Below are positions 9,123 to 17,133 of a stretch of DNA of 64,000 nucleotides, one piece after another. The notes beneath the pieces were generated by a model, which was not told the DNA's origin, made no database searches, and saw nothing but the letters and a program-made list of their open reading frames with translations. The number at the start of each line of letters is the position of its first letter. The stretch's first letter is position 1. Source of the DNA: an uncultured Thermoanaerobaculia bacterium (GTDB lineage Bacteria > Acidobacteriota > Thermoanaerobaculia > Multivoradales > JAGPDF01); the NCBI GenBank assembly GCA_964591165.1, contig CAZPZW010000002.1, forward strand, positions 3,840 to 67,839, written 5' to 3'. Both the position numbers and the translations under genes were made by a program.

Positions 9123-9962
9123 TCAGCGCTCCGGCCGCTCCCAGAGCGAGATGTCCTGGAAGTTCCCCAGCGCGCGGGGCAGCCAGCCACGCGCCACGAA
9201 GCGCTTCCCCCAGACGCGCGCGAGATAGCTCTCGGCATGGAACGCCGCCTGTTCGTTGAACGGGCCAGGGCTGGCGCGGAAGAGGAACCCGGTCGCCGCC
9301 AGGCGCTCCAGCTCGGCGCTGGTGGGCCCGGGCGTGGCGCGAGCGATCTCCGGCGAGTGCGTGGTCGCGAGCAGCAGGCCGCCGGGGCGCAGCACGCGCC
9401 GTAGCTCCTCCAGCCAGGCATGCTCGGCGGGCGCGTCGAGATGGGTGAAGACGGAGATCGTGAACACGACGTCGAATGCCGCGTCGGCGAAGGGCGTCGG
9501 CGGCGCCGGCGCGAGCACCACGAAGCGCCCCTTCAGGTGCCGCTGCGCCCAGGCGATCTGCGCACGATCGACGTCCGCCCCGGTGTAGTCCCCGATCGGC
9601 GGATGGCCGATCAGGTGGCGCGCCACCCGGCCGCAGCCCGCCCCGAAGTCGAGCCAGCGCCGGTCGCGCGCCGGATCCCGGGGCACCGTGCGGTAAGCGG
9701 CGAGGAGGTCCCGCGCGCAGACCTCACCGATTCGCAGGAACTCCTCGCGCGAGCTGTTGGGCCCCACCCGGTGGCGCAGGCGGGCGGGCGGCAGCCGAAG
9801 CCCCGGTCCGGAGCGCAGCGCGTCGCCGAGGTCGGCGAAGAAATCGCGGCGCCGATGGGGCAGATCGGCCGCCAAGCGTCGCAGCCTCGCCCGCGCCCGC
9901 CCGGTCAACAGACGGCGCGCCAGCGCGCGCAGGAGAGCTTGCGGTCGCGCCGGGTCGGTCAA
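9123..9962 (-). CDS. Class I SAM-dependent methyltransferase
   Basis: This is the 3' part of the listed 9123..10775 ORF. WLDFGAGCGRVARHL is SAM-binding motif I, followed by DVVFTISVFTHL and LRPGGLLL. The upstream part of the ORF overlaps apaG and is Arg/Gly-rich junk. The candidate TTG start at 9962 forms a TTGA overlap with the apaG stop. Confidence 0.75.
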   Translation of the reverse strand: MTDPARPQALLRALARRLLTGRARARLRRLAADLPHRRRDFFADLGDALRSGPGLRLPPARLRHRVGPNSSREEFLRIGEVCARDLLAAYRTVPRDPARDRRWLDFGAGCGRVARHLIGHPPIGDYTGADVDRAQIAWAQRHLKGRFVVLAPAPPTPFADAAFDVVFTISVFTHLDAPAEHAWLEELRRVLRPGGLLLATTHSPEIARATPGPTSAELERLAATGFLFRASPGPFNEQAAFHAESYLARVWGKRFVARGWLPRALGNFQDISLWERPER

Positions 9963-10345
9963 TTGACCGCGTGCGGCACGGCGAGAGTGAAGGGGGCGAT
10001 CTCGGCGTCGAACTCCTCGCCCGACGGGAGCACGGTCATGCGGTACGTGCCCTGCATCGTGCCGACGGTGGTGCGCAACGGGCAGTAGCTGGTGTAGCGG
10101 AACTCGTCCCCGGGGGCGAGCACCGGAGTCTCGCCGACCACACCCGGCCCCTCGACCCGCTTCACGTCTCCCTCCGAGTCGGTGATGATCCAGATGCGTG
10201 ACAAGAGCTGCACCGTCGCCTCGCCTTCGTTGCTGATGCGGACGTGATAGCTGAAGAAGTAGGAGCTCTCGCCCGGCGCGCTGCGCTCGGGAAGATACTC
10301 GCTGGCCACCTCCACGCGGACGCCGCGGGTCGTCGTGTCGCTCAT
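9959..10345 (-). CDS. apaG: ApaG (DUF525) protein
   Basis: The protein begins at the internal ATG 10345 of ORF 9959..10414. MSDTTTRGVRVEVASEYLPERSAPGESSYFFSYHVRISNEG...GPGVVGETPVL.PG..F.Y.S matches the ApaG pattern. Confidence 0.9.
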   Translation of the reverse strand: MSDTTTRGVRVEVASEYLPERSAPGESSYFFSYHVRISNEGEATVQLLSRIWIITDSEGDVKRVEGPGVVGETPVLAPGDEFRYTSYCPLRTTVGTMQGTYRMTVLPSGEEFDAEIAPFTLAVPHAVN

Positions 10346-10419
10346 TCGCCCTCGCTCGGGCCGCGATGCCCGCCGGCCCCTGGCGAGGATAGACTCCCGC
10401 CCCAAGAGGCGCAACCGCC

Positions 10420-10908
10420 ATGGCCATCTCCGCCGAGGATTTCCGCAACGCGCTCCGGAACTTCCCGGCCGGAGTGACCCTCGTCACGCTGAAGTCGGGC
10501 GACGAGATCCATGGCCTGACCGTGTCGGCGTTCGTCTCGGTCTCCCCCGACCCGCCGCTGATCGCGGTGATGATCGACCACCAGCACCGGGCCCACCACC
10601 TGCTCGAGCGCGCAGGCGCGGTCTTCGCGGTGAACATCCTCGGCGAGGAACAGGCCGACCTCTCCGAGCGCTTCGCCTGGAAGGCGGACGGCGAGCGCTT
10701 TGCCGCCGGTCGGTGGGAGACCGCGGTCACCGGGGCGCCCATCCTCGCCGACGCCATCGCCTGGCTCGACTGCACGATCTTCGGTCGCCACGCCGCCGGC
10801 AGCCACTCGCTCTATATCGGGGAGGTCCAGGCGAGCGGCGTGCCGCGGCCCGAGGCCGCGCCACTGATCTACTGGAACCGCGCTTACCGCGCCCTGCGCC
10901 TCGACTGA
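10420..10908 (+). CDS. Flavin reductase-domain protein (NAD(P)H:FMN oxidoreductase, HpaC-like)
   Basis: 162 aa. FRNALRNFPAGVTLVT...HGLTVSAFVSVSPDPPLI...FAVNIL... fits the flavin reductase-like FMN-binding fold pattern. Confidence 0.85.
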   Translation: MAISAEDFRNALRNFPAGVTLVTLKSGDEIHGLTVSAFVSVSPDPPLIAVMIDHQHRAHHLLERAGAVFAVNILGEEQADLSERFAWKADGERFAAGRWETAVTGAPILADAIAWLDCTIFGRHAAGSHSLYIGEVQASGVPRPEAAPLIYWNRAYRALRLD

Positions 10909-10913
10909 CGGCG

Positions 10914-12044
10914 TTGCGCTGGATCGCCACTTCGGCTCGCGGCCTCGAGGGGATCACCGCCGCGGAGCTCTCGGCGCTGGCGCTCCCCCCCACCACGCGC
11001 GACACCGGTGGGGTGGCGTTCGAGGGCGGCTGGGAGGCGGGCCTGCGTGCCAACTGGCGGCTGCGCACCGCCAACCGCGTGCTGCTCGAGGTCGCGAGCT
11101 GGTCCTCTCCCGACGACGAGGCGCTCTATCGGGGAGCGCGCCAGATGGTCGCCTCGGCGGAGCTGCCGCCGCCGCTCGACGAGCTCTTCTCGCCCGACCG
11201 GACGTTCGCAATCGCCGCCACCAGCAGTGCCTCGACGATTCGCGACGCGCGCTGGATCGCGCTCAAGGTGAAGGACGCCATCGTCGACGCTCAACGCGAG
11301 CGCTGGGGCCGCCGCGCCACGATCGACCGCGCCGAGCCAGATCTGCAGCTGCGCGTGCGCCTGCATCGCGACCGGGCGACGCTGCTCGTCGACACCTCGG
11401 GCGAGCCGCTCGATCACCGCGGCTACCGGGTGATGTCGACCGCGGCGCCGCTGCGCGAGCAGCTCGCGGCGGCCGCCGTGCTCGCGGCGGGATGGAACGG
11501 CACCGGTCCGGTGGTCGATCCGATGTGCGGCTCGGGCACGCTCCTGGCGGAGGCCGGGGCGCTGGCGCTCGGTCTGGCGCCCAACCGCCTGCGCCAGCGC
11601 TGGGGCTTCGAGCGCCTGCCCGGCTTCGACGCCGGCCTCTGGCGGCGCATCCGGGACGAGCCGCTTTCGGTGCCGGGGCCCGACTGCCGGCTCTATGGCG
11701 TCGACCACTCGGCCGAGGCGATGACCGCCTCGCGGCGCAACCTCGAAGCCGCCGGCCTCGCGGGTCGCACGACGTTGATCGCAGGCGACGCTTTCGCCTT
11801 CGATCCGCCGGCGGGACCGGGGCTCTTCCTGGTCAATCCGCCGCACGGCACGCGGATGCTCGACAGCCCGGCCCTCTGGCGCCAGCTGGGGGATCTGCTG
11901 AAGCGCCGGTACGGCGGCTGGAAGGCCGTCCTGGTCGCGGGCGGAGCCTCGCTCGGCAAGGAGCTCGGGCTCAAGCCGACGCGACGTATCCCGGCTTGGA
12001 ACGGCAAGCTCGAGCTGCGGATTCTGGTCGTCGACCTCTGGTGA
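10914..12044 (+). CDS. THUMP-domain class I SAM-dependent RNA methyltransferase (RlmL/RlmK-like m2G)
   Basis: This is the 3' part of the listed 10335..12044 ORF. It reads ..RWIATSARGLEGITAAELSAL..., then LHRDRATLLVDTSGEPLHRGYR, DPMCGSGTLLAEA and LFLVNPPHG (an NPPxG-type motif). The start is either TTG 10914 or CTG 10905; the CTG would give a CTGA overlap with the upstream stop. Confidence 0.85.
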   Translation: MRWIATSARGLEGITAAELSALALPPTTRDTGGVAFEGGWEAGLRANWRLRTANRVLLEVASWSSPDDEALYRGARQMVASAELPPPLDELFSPDRTFAIAATSSASTIRDARWIALKVKDAIVDAQRERWGRRATIDRAEPDLQLRVRLHRDRATLLVDTSGEPLDHRGYRVMSTAAPLREQLAAAAVLAAGWNGTGPVVDPMCGSGTLLAEAGALALGLAPNRLRQRWGFERLPGFDAGLWRRIRDEPLSVPGPDCRLYGVDHSAEAMTASRRNLEAAGLAGRTTLIAGDAFAFDPPAGPGLFLVNPPHGTRMLDSPALWRQLGDLLKRRYGGWKAVLVAGGASLGKELGLKPTRRIPAWNGKLELRILVVDLW

Positions 12045-12045
12045 C

Positions 12046-13440
12046 CTACTCCGCGGGCAGCACGTCGGGCCACCACCCGCCGGGCACGTCGAACGACCAG
12101 GCACAGGTGCGCTGCAATCCGAGCTCTTCGAACATCGGCGACGAGGCGCGCAGCGGCAAGCCGACGCCCGCCCGCCCGCCGCAGCGGAAGTTGCGTCCTC
12201 CGCCGGCCAGCGCCAGGCCCACCGCCAGGCTGAGGACAGCGAGCGCGCGCAGCAGCCGCCGACCGCCCGCCGCCGTCGCGGGCGCGTCGCAGCGCCCGCC
12301 GAGCCAGAGCGCGACCGGGATCGCCGCGGCGTGGTGGATCGGCAGGCCCTGCCAGCTCTGTGGCGTGGTCGGCGACATGGCGAAGACGACCAGCGCCGCG
12401 GCGAGCGACCAGAAGGCGTAACCGTCGACCCAGCGCCGCAGGTCGGGCGGGGCGTAGCGTGCCAGGGCTGCCGCCGCACCCGGCGAGAACCGCTCGCGCA
12501 GCCAGACCGCGTTGGCGAGCAGAACGAGGGCGAACGTCCCGCTGCCGGCCACCAGGCGCAATCCCTCGGCGAGCGGCGCGGCCCAGCGGTCGATCGGGCC
12601 GCCGAGCAGCGCGGTGAAGTCGAAGGGCACCTGATCGCGGCTCAGCAGGAGCGAGGGATAGCGCAGCCAGAGCGCGACCCCCTTGAGCCAGGGCTGGACA
12701 AGCAGCAGGCTGCGGAAGAGGAAGCCCTCTCCCTGGGCGAGCAGCGCAGGGTCGGCGCGCACCGCGGCGAGCCAAGGGACGAGCGTCGCCAGGGTCGCCA
12801 GAGCGCCGGCCGTGGCACCTCCCAAGTGAACGCGCACGAAGCCTCGATGCCAGAGCGCCAACGATGCACCGACCAGCAGCAGCACCGCCGGATGGAGCTG
12901 CAGACCGATGCCGAGCGCCAGGACGTGCGCGAAGCTGGCGCCGAAGGAGGCGCGCTCGCGCTGGTCGAACAGGGTCGCCAAGTGCAACGCTCCGACGAGC
13001 AGCAGAAAATTGGGGTTCCACAGGTAGGCGGAGGCGACCAGGCGCCAGGGGTTCAACCAGTAGACCAGCGCGAATGCCGTCCGCTGCCAGGGCGAGACGG
13101 CAGCCCGCAGCCGCCGGTCGAGCAACGCGTAGGCCACCAGGTGGGTCAGCCAGATGAGCGCCACCGGGGCGCGGTGATGCGGCACGAGGGCGAGCGGTAG
13201 GCCGACCAACCACGAGGTCGCCGGGCCCACTCCGACGCCGCCCGAGGAGAGCGGGTTGCCGTACGGCACGAGCTCGCCGCGGGCGGCGAAGAGCCAGCCC
13301 CGCGCCAGCAGATTGAGCTGATCGCCGCCCACCTGGCAGCGCCAAGCGAGCGCCAACGAGAGCGCCAGGCCGCTCGCGACGAGCAACCACCTCGTGCGAT
13401 CGGCTGGCGACGCCGCGGCGGCGACGCGCAACGCTCTCAC
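12046..13440 (-). CDS. Polytopic integral membrane protein (about 10 or more hydrophobic segments), possibly a GT-C-type glycosyltransferase; function unknown
   Basis: This is the 3' part of ORF 12046..13626. The GTG start at 13440 lies 7 nt after the KAS stop. The sequence is rich in Leu/Ala/Trp hydrophobic stretches (WLLVASGLALSLALAW, LIWLTHLVAYALL, FLLLVGALHLATLF and others). No soluble-domain motif was recognised. Confidence 0.65.
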   Translation of the reverse strand: MRALRVAAAASPADRTRWLLVASGLALSLALAWRCQVGGDQLNLLARGWLFAARGELVPYGNPLSSGGVGVGPATSWLVGLPLALVPHHRAPVALIWLTHLVAYALLDRRLRAAVSPWQRTAFALVYWLNPWRLVASAYLWNPNFLLLVGALHLATLFDQRERASFGASFAHVLALGIGLQLHPAVLLLVGASLALWHRGFVRVHLGGATAGALATLATLVPWLAAVRADPALLAQGEGFLFRSLLLVQPWLKGVALWLRYPSLLLSRDQVPFDFTALLGGPIDRWAAPLAEGLRLVAGSGTFALVLLANAVWLRERFSPGAAAALARYAPPDLRRWVDGYAFWSLAAALVVFAMSPTTPQSWQGLPIHHAAAIPVALWLGGRCDAPATAAGGRRLLRALAVLSLAVGLALAGGGRNFRCGGRAGVGLPLRASSPMFEELGLQRTCAWSFDVPGGWWPDVLPAE

Positions 13441-13447
13441 CGCGCGG

Positions 13448-15019
13448 TCAGGGACGCAGTGGACGGGAGATGACGCACGCGTTGACCCCTCCCACCCCCA
13501 TCGAGAGCTTGCCGGCGAGGCCTGAGGGGGCCGGACAGTGCGTGTCGAAGACGAATCGGGTGTGGAGGTTGGAGATCTCGGCGTTGAGCTCCTCGGACTC
13601 GAGCGGTGTCGGGAAGAGGGCGCCACGCTCGTAGCCCAGGTACTGCGCGGTGAGCTCCCAGCCGCCGCTCGCCCCCATGCCGTGACCGAAAGTCCCCTTG
13701 CGCGCCGTGACCAGGACGCTCTCGGGCAGGATGTCGCGCAGATTCTCGATCTCCAGGAAGTCGCCGGGGGTCGCGGTGGCGTGCAGGTCCCAGGTACCGA
13801 TCTCCTCCGGCCGGGCGCCGGCCTGAGCCACCGCTTGCCGGATGGCGCCGAGCGGCCCCTCCTTCGAGGGCGTGATCAGGTGATCGGCGTCCGACGAGAC
13901 TCCCACCGCGAGGGGCTCGAGACCGAGCGGCCGGAATCCCAGTCCGGTCATGTGCTCGAGATCGCCGACGATCCAGACCGCCGAGCCTCCCGCGACGTGC
14001 GTGCCGCGCAGCGTGGTCAGGGGCTTCGAGACGTTGCCGTCCGCCGAGATGACGCGCGCCGCATAGAAGGCGCCCACGGTCACCGCGAGCGGCGGCGGGT
14101 CGGCGGCTCCGATCACCACCGCTTTCGCCTCGCCGCGCCGGATGGCGTCGATGGCGAGCTTCAGGCCGACGCCGAAGGTGGCGCAGGCCCCGACCGGGGC
14201 GAACGTGAAGCCGGTGATCCGGCCCATCATCGAGACTTGCGCCGCCGGCGTGTTGTGGATGTTCCACAGCAGGTTGGGCGACACCTCGTGCCAAGGCGGA
14301 TTGGGCGCGCCCCACTTGCGCTGCAGGCGCTGACGACGGCGCTGTTTCTCCTTGATCAAGGCGATCTTCCCGGTCGCGACCGGCCCGCTCACGGTGAGCG
14401 ACTCGATGTCGCGCAGCTCGGCCAGGTAGTCGCCGAGCTCCGGCGAACGCTCTGCCCAGAAGCCCCAGAAGCGGTCCTCCGCGTCCTCGATCTCGCCCGC
14501 CGCGGACTCCTCCGGCGTCTTCGGCACGTCGAGCGTCGGATCGACGCTCTCGGGGTGCGCCAGGTACTCGGCGAGCGCGGAGTTGCGCTCCGGCTGCGCC
14601 CAGAAACGGTTCCAGCGACGCTGCGCGCGGTAGAGGTCGAGAGAGACCCGGCCGATGGTGTCGAGCGCGCCGAGGCCGGTGCCCACGTAGACGTGCGCCG
14701 CCGGACCCAGGCGTTGCAGCTCCTGCTCGATTCCCGGGTTCTGGCCGAGGGCCTGGACGAACGCCCCGATGGCGTACTGCGTCGGAAGGTCCATCTTCTC
14801 GACCAGCTGGGCAAAACGATTGGGCGGGAATCGCTGCTCGATCCAGCACTTGTACTCGGCGAACGAGAACTCGGGCTTGCCGACCAGGAAGCAGTCCGGA
14901 CCGAAGCCGTTGAATTGGGTGAGCCAGCTCTCGGGATGCTCGAGCTGGCGGGCGAAGGCGTCGACGTTCGGCGCCTTGGGCGCAACGATCCCCCAACCGA
15001 AGACCCCGATTCGCGTCAC
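13448..15019 (-). CDS. Beta-ketoacyl synthase, KAS I/II (FabF/FabB-like, Cys-His-His) with a ~110-150 aa internal insertion
   Basis: This is the real part of ORF 13448..15583. GTG 15019 is preceded by GGAGGA. The active-site motifs are PVGACATFG (Cys), LHATATPGD (His) and RKGTFGHGMGASGG (Lys/His). At ~524 aa it is longer than the ~410 aa of a typical FabF. The extra charged segment ...KIALIKEKQRRRQRLQRKWG... lies before the Cys. Confidence 0.85.
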   Translation of the reverse strand: MTRIGVFGWGIVAPKAPNVDAFARQLEHPESWLTQFNGFGPDCFLVGKPEFSFAEYKCWIEQRFPPNRFAQLVEKMDLPTQYAIGAFVQALGQNPGIEQELQRLGPAAHVYVGTGLGALDTIGRVSLDLYRAQRRWNRFWAQPERNSALAEYLAHPESVDPTLDVPKTPEESAAGEIEDAEDRFWGFWAERSPELGDYLAELRDIESLTVSGPVATGKIALIKEKQRRRQRLQRKWGAPNPPWHEVSPNLLWNIHNTPAAQVSMMGRITGFTFAPVGACATFGVGLKLAIDAIRRGEAKAVVIGAADPPPLAVTVGAFYAARVISADGNVSKPLTTLRGTHVAGGSAVWIVGDLEHMTGLGFRPLGLEPLAVGVSSDADHLITPSKEGPLGAIRQAVAQAGARPEEIGTWDLHATATPGDFLEIENLRDILPESVLVTARKGTFGHGMGASGGWELTAQYLGYERGALFPTPLESEELNAEISNLHTRFVFDTHCPAPSGLAGKLSMGVGGVNACVISRPLRP

Positions 15020-15030
15020 CGCTCCTCCTG

Positions 15031-16035
15031 TCAACCGAGCGCGGCCATGCGGTCCAGCAGGTCGACGACCCGCTGCGAGTACCCCCATTCGTTGTCGTAC
15101 CAGGCGACCACGCGAGCATACCCGTCCCCCTCGGCCTGCGTCGAGAGGGCATCGAAGATCGAGGAGTGCGGGTTGCCGATGATGTCGGTCGACACCAGCG
15201 GTACCTCGCTGTACTCGACGATCTTCGCCATCGGCCCGGCGGCCGCCGCGCGTACCGCCTCGTTGATCTCGTCGCGGCGTGGCCGAGAGCGCAAACGACA
15301 GCTGAAGTCGACGATCGAGCCGTCGGGCACCGGCACGCGCAGGGCGATGCCGTCGAGCTTGCCCTTGAGCTCCGGCATCACCTTTCCCACCGCTCGCGCG
15401 GCGCCGGTCGAGGTCGGAATGATGTTGGCCGCCGCGGCGCGGCTGCGCCGCAGGTCCTTGTGCGGCACGTCGGCGAGACGCTGGTCGTTGGTGTAGGCGT
15501 GGACCGTCGAGACGAACCCCGCCTCGACGCCGAAGCTCTGATGCAGGATCTTCACCACCGGCGCGAGGCAGTTGGTGGTGCACGAGGCGTTGGAGACGAG
15601 GCGGTGCTCGGCCTTGAGCTTCTCGTCGTTCACCCCGATCACGATCATCGCGTCGATCTCGTCCTTCGCCGGCACGGTGAGCACGACTTTCTTGGCGCCA
15701 CCGGTCAGGTGCCGTTCGAGCTTCTCGCGCGACCGAAACACGCCGGTCGACTCCACCACGAGGTCGGCTCCCAGCTCGGCCCAGGGAATGCGCGACGGGT
15801 CTTTCTCCGCGGTCATCCGGATCTTGCGATCCTCGACGTAGAGGTGGTCGGCGTCGAACGCGACCGGCTTGCCGAGAGGACCCATCACGGTGTCGAACTG
15901 CAGCAGGTAGGAGAGAACATCGTTGTCGAACAGGTCGTTGATGCAGACCACTTCGACGTCGCGTCGCGCGTCCAGGATACGGAACACCGAGCGGCCGATC
16001 CGGCCGAAACCGTTGATGCCGACGCGCAGAGTCAT
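15031..16035 (-). CDS. gap: Glyceraldehyde-3-phosphate dehydrogenase, type I
   Basis: 334 aa with GINGFGRIGR, the catalytic motif SNASCTTNC, TVHAYTNDQ, PTSTGAA and WYDNEWGYS. Confidence 0.95.
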   Translation of the reverse strand: MTLRVGINGFGRIGRSVFRILDARRDVEVVCINDLFDNDVLSYLLQFDTVMGPLGKPVAFDADHLYVEDRKIRMTAEKDPSRIPWAELGADLVVESTGVFRSREKLERHLTGGAKKVVLTVPAKDEIDAMIVIGVNDEKLKAEHRLVSNASCTTNCLAPVVKILHQSFGVEAGFVSTVHAYTNDQRLADVPHKDLRRSRAAAANIIPTSTGAARAVGKVMPELKGKLDGIALRVPVPDGSIVDFSCRLRSRPRRDEINEAVRAAAAGPMAKIVEYSEVPLVSTDIIGNPHSSIFDALSTQAEGDGYARVVAWYDNEWGYSQRVVDLLDRMAALG

Positions 16036-17054
16036 CGCCGCTCCTCCTCGCCGGCGAAGGTCGCCAGACGCCGCATCAGGTCGACCACGCGGTGACTGTA
16101 ACCCCAGCCGTTGTCGTAAAAGGTCAAGGTCTTGGAGACATGGCCGTCGAGCACCATGGTGGAGAGCGAATCGAACGTCCCGGAGCCGGTGGTCCGGATC
16201 ACGTCGGAAGAGACGATGGGTTCCGTCTCGTAGTCGAGGATGCCGTAGAGGTCCCCTTCGGCAGCCCGGCTCACCGCCGCGTTGATGCCGTCGATCGTCA
16301 CCGGCTCGCGGTGCCAGCAGACCAGGTCGACCACCGAGCCGTTCGGCACCGGGACGTTCATCGAGAGCGCCGAAACTCGTCCGGCGAGGGAGGGGATCAG
16401 CTCGCCGATGAGCTCACCCGCGCCCGTCGGCTGCGGGATGATGTTCTCGGCCGCGGCCCGGCCGGTGCGCATGTCGTCGGCGGGCACGTCGGCCAGGCGC
16501 AGCTGATTCGAATAGGCGTGCACCGCGGTGAGGAAGACCCGCTCCAGCCCGGAGGCCGCGTCGAGCGTGGCGAGCACCGGCGCCGCGCAGTTCGCCGTCA
16601 CCGAGCCGGCGGAGACGATGCGATGCTCGGCGTGGAGGGCGCGGTCGTTGACCCCCACCACGATGGTGACGTCCGGCGGCTCGGTGAGCGGCGTGCAGAG
16701 CAGCACCCGCGCCGCGCCCCGGGCGAGATGCGCCTCGGCTTCGGAGCGCGCCGCGCGCCGGCCGACCGCCAGGACCACGACGTCCACCCCGAGCGCGCGC
16801 CAGTCCGGCGCCTCCTCGTCGCTGGGCAGCAGCGCGATCCGTCTCCCCCCGATCACCAGCGCGTCGCCCTCGCGCCGGATCGGCTCGGGGAACCGTCCCA
16901 GCAGGGTGTCGAACTTCAGCAGGTACTCGAGTTGCTCCGGCTCGGCGCGGTCCTGAATGGCCGCGATCTCGAGGTCGGAGCGTCGGTCCAGAATGCGGAC
17001 GAGGTTGCGGCCGATTCGGCCGCAGCCGACCAGCCCGACGCGCGTTCGACTCAT
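16032..17054 (-). CDS. GAPDH-like paralog lacking the catalytic cysteine (predicted non-catalytic or re-purposed)
   Basis: The start is ATG 17054, preceded by AAGGAG. The protein is colinear with gap and keeps GLVGCGRIGR, AVHAYSNQ and FYDNGWGYS. The SNASCTTNC motif is replaced by SAGSVTANC; Val is encoded by GTG at 16601..16599. RVPV is replaced by NVPV. The stop overlaps the gap ATG (ATGA). Confidence 0.85.
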   Translation of the reverse strand: MSRTRVGLVGCGRIGRNLVRILDRRSDLEIAAIQDRAEPEQLEYLLKFDTLLGRFPEPIRREGDALVIGGRRIALLPSDEEAPDWRALGVDVVVLAVGRRAARSEAEAHLARGAARVLLCTPLTEPPDVTIVVGVNDRALHAEHRIVSAGSVTANCAAPVLATLDAASGLERVFLTAVHAYSNQLRLADVPADDMRTGRAAAENIIPQPTGAGELIGELIPSLAGRVSALSMNVPVPNGSVVDLVCWHREPVTIDGINAAVSRAAEGDLYGILDYETEPIVSSDVIRTTGSGTFDSLSTMVLDGHVSKTLTFYDNGWGYSHRVVDLMRRLATFAGEEERR

Positions 17055-17092
17055 CTTGGGTGGCTCCTTGCGGTCTACCGATGACACCGGAC

Positions 17093-17120
17093 GGCGTGGA
17101 CTCGACCTCGAGTCCACGCC
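17093..17120. promoter_or_regulatory. Perfect inverted repeat GGCGTGGACTCGA-cc-TCGAGTCCACGCC; candidate dimeric-repressor operator in the divergent gap-operon / DUF1015-serA intergenic region
   Basis: Read directly from the sequence: 13-bp arms, a 2-bp spacer and no mismatches. It abuts the TACAAT box at 17121..17126 and covers the predicted -35 and spacer. Confidence 0.55.
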
Positions 17121-17126
17121 TACAAT
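17097..17126 (+). promoter_or_regulatory. Candidate sigma70-type promoter TGGACT-N18-TACAAT for the DUF1015-serA operon, predicting a leaderless mRNA
   Basis: The -10 TACAAT ends 7 nt before ATG 17134, and there is no SD in between. Confidence 0.4.
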
Positions 17127-17133
17127 GAGCATT

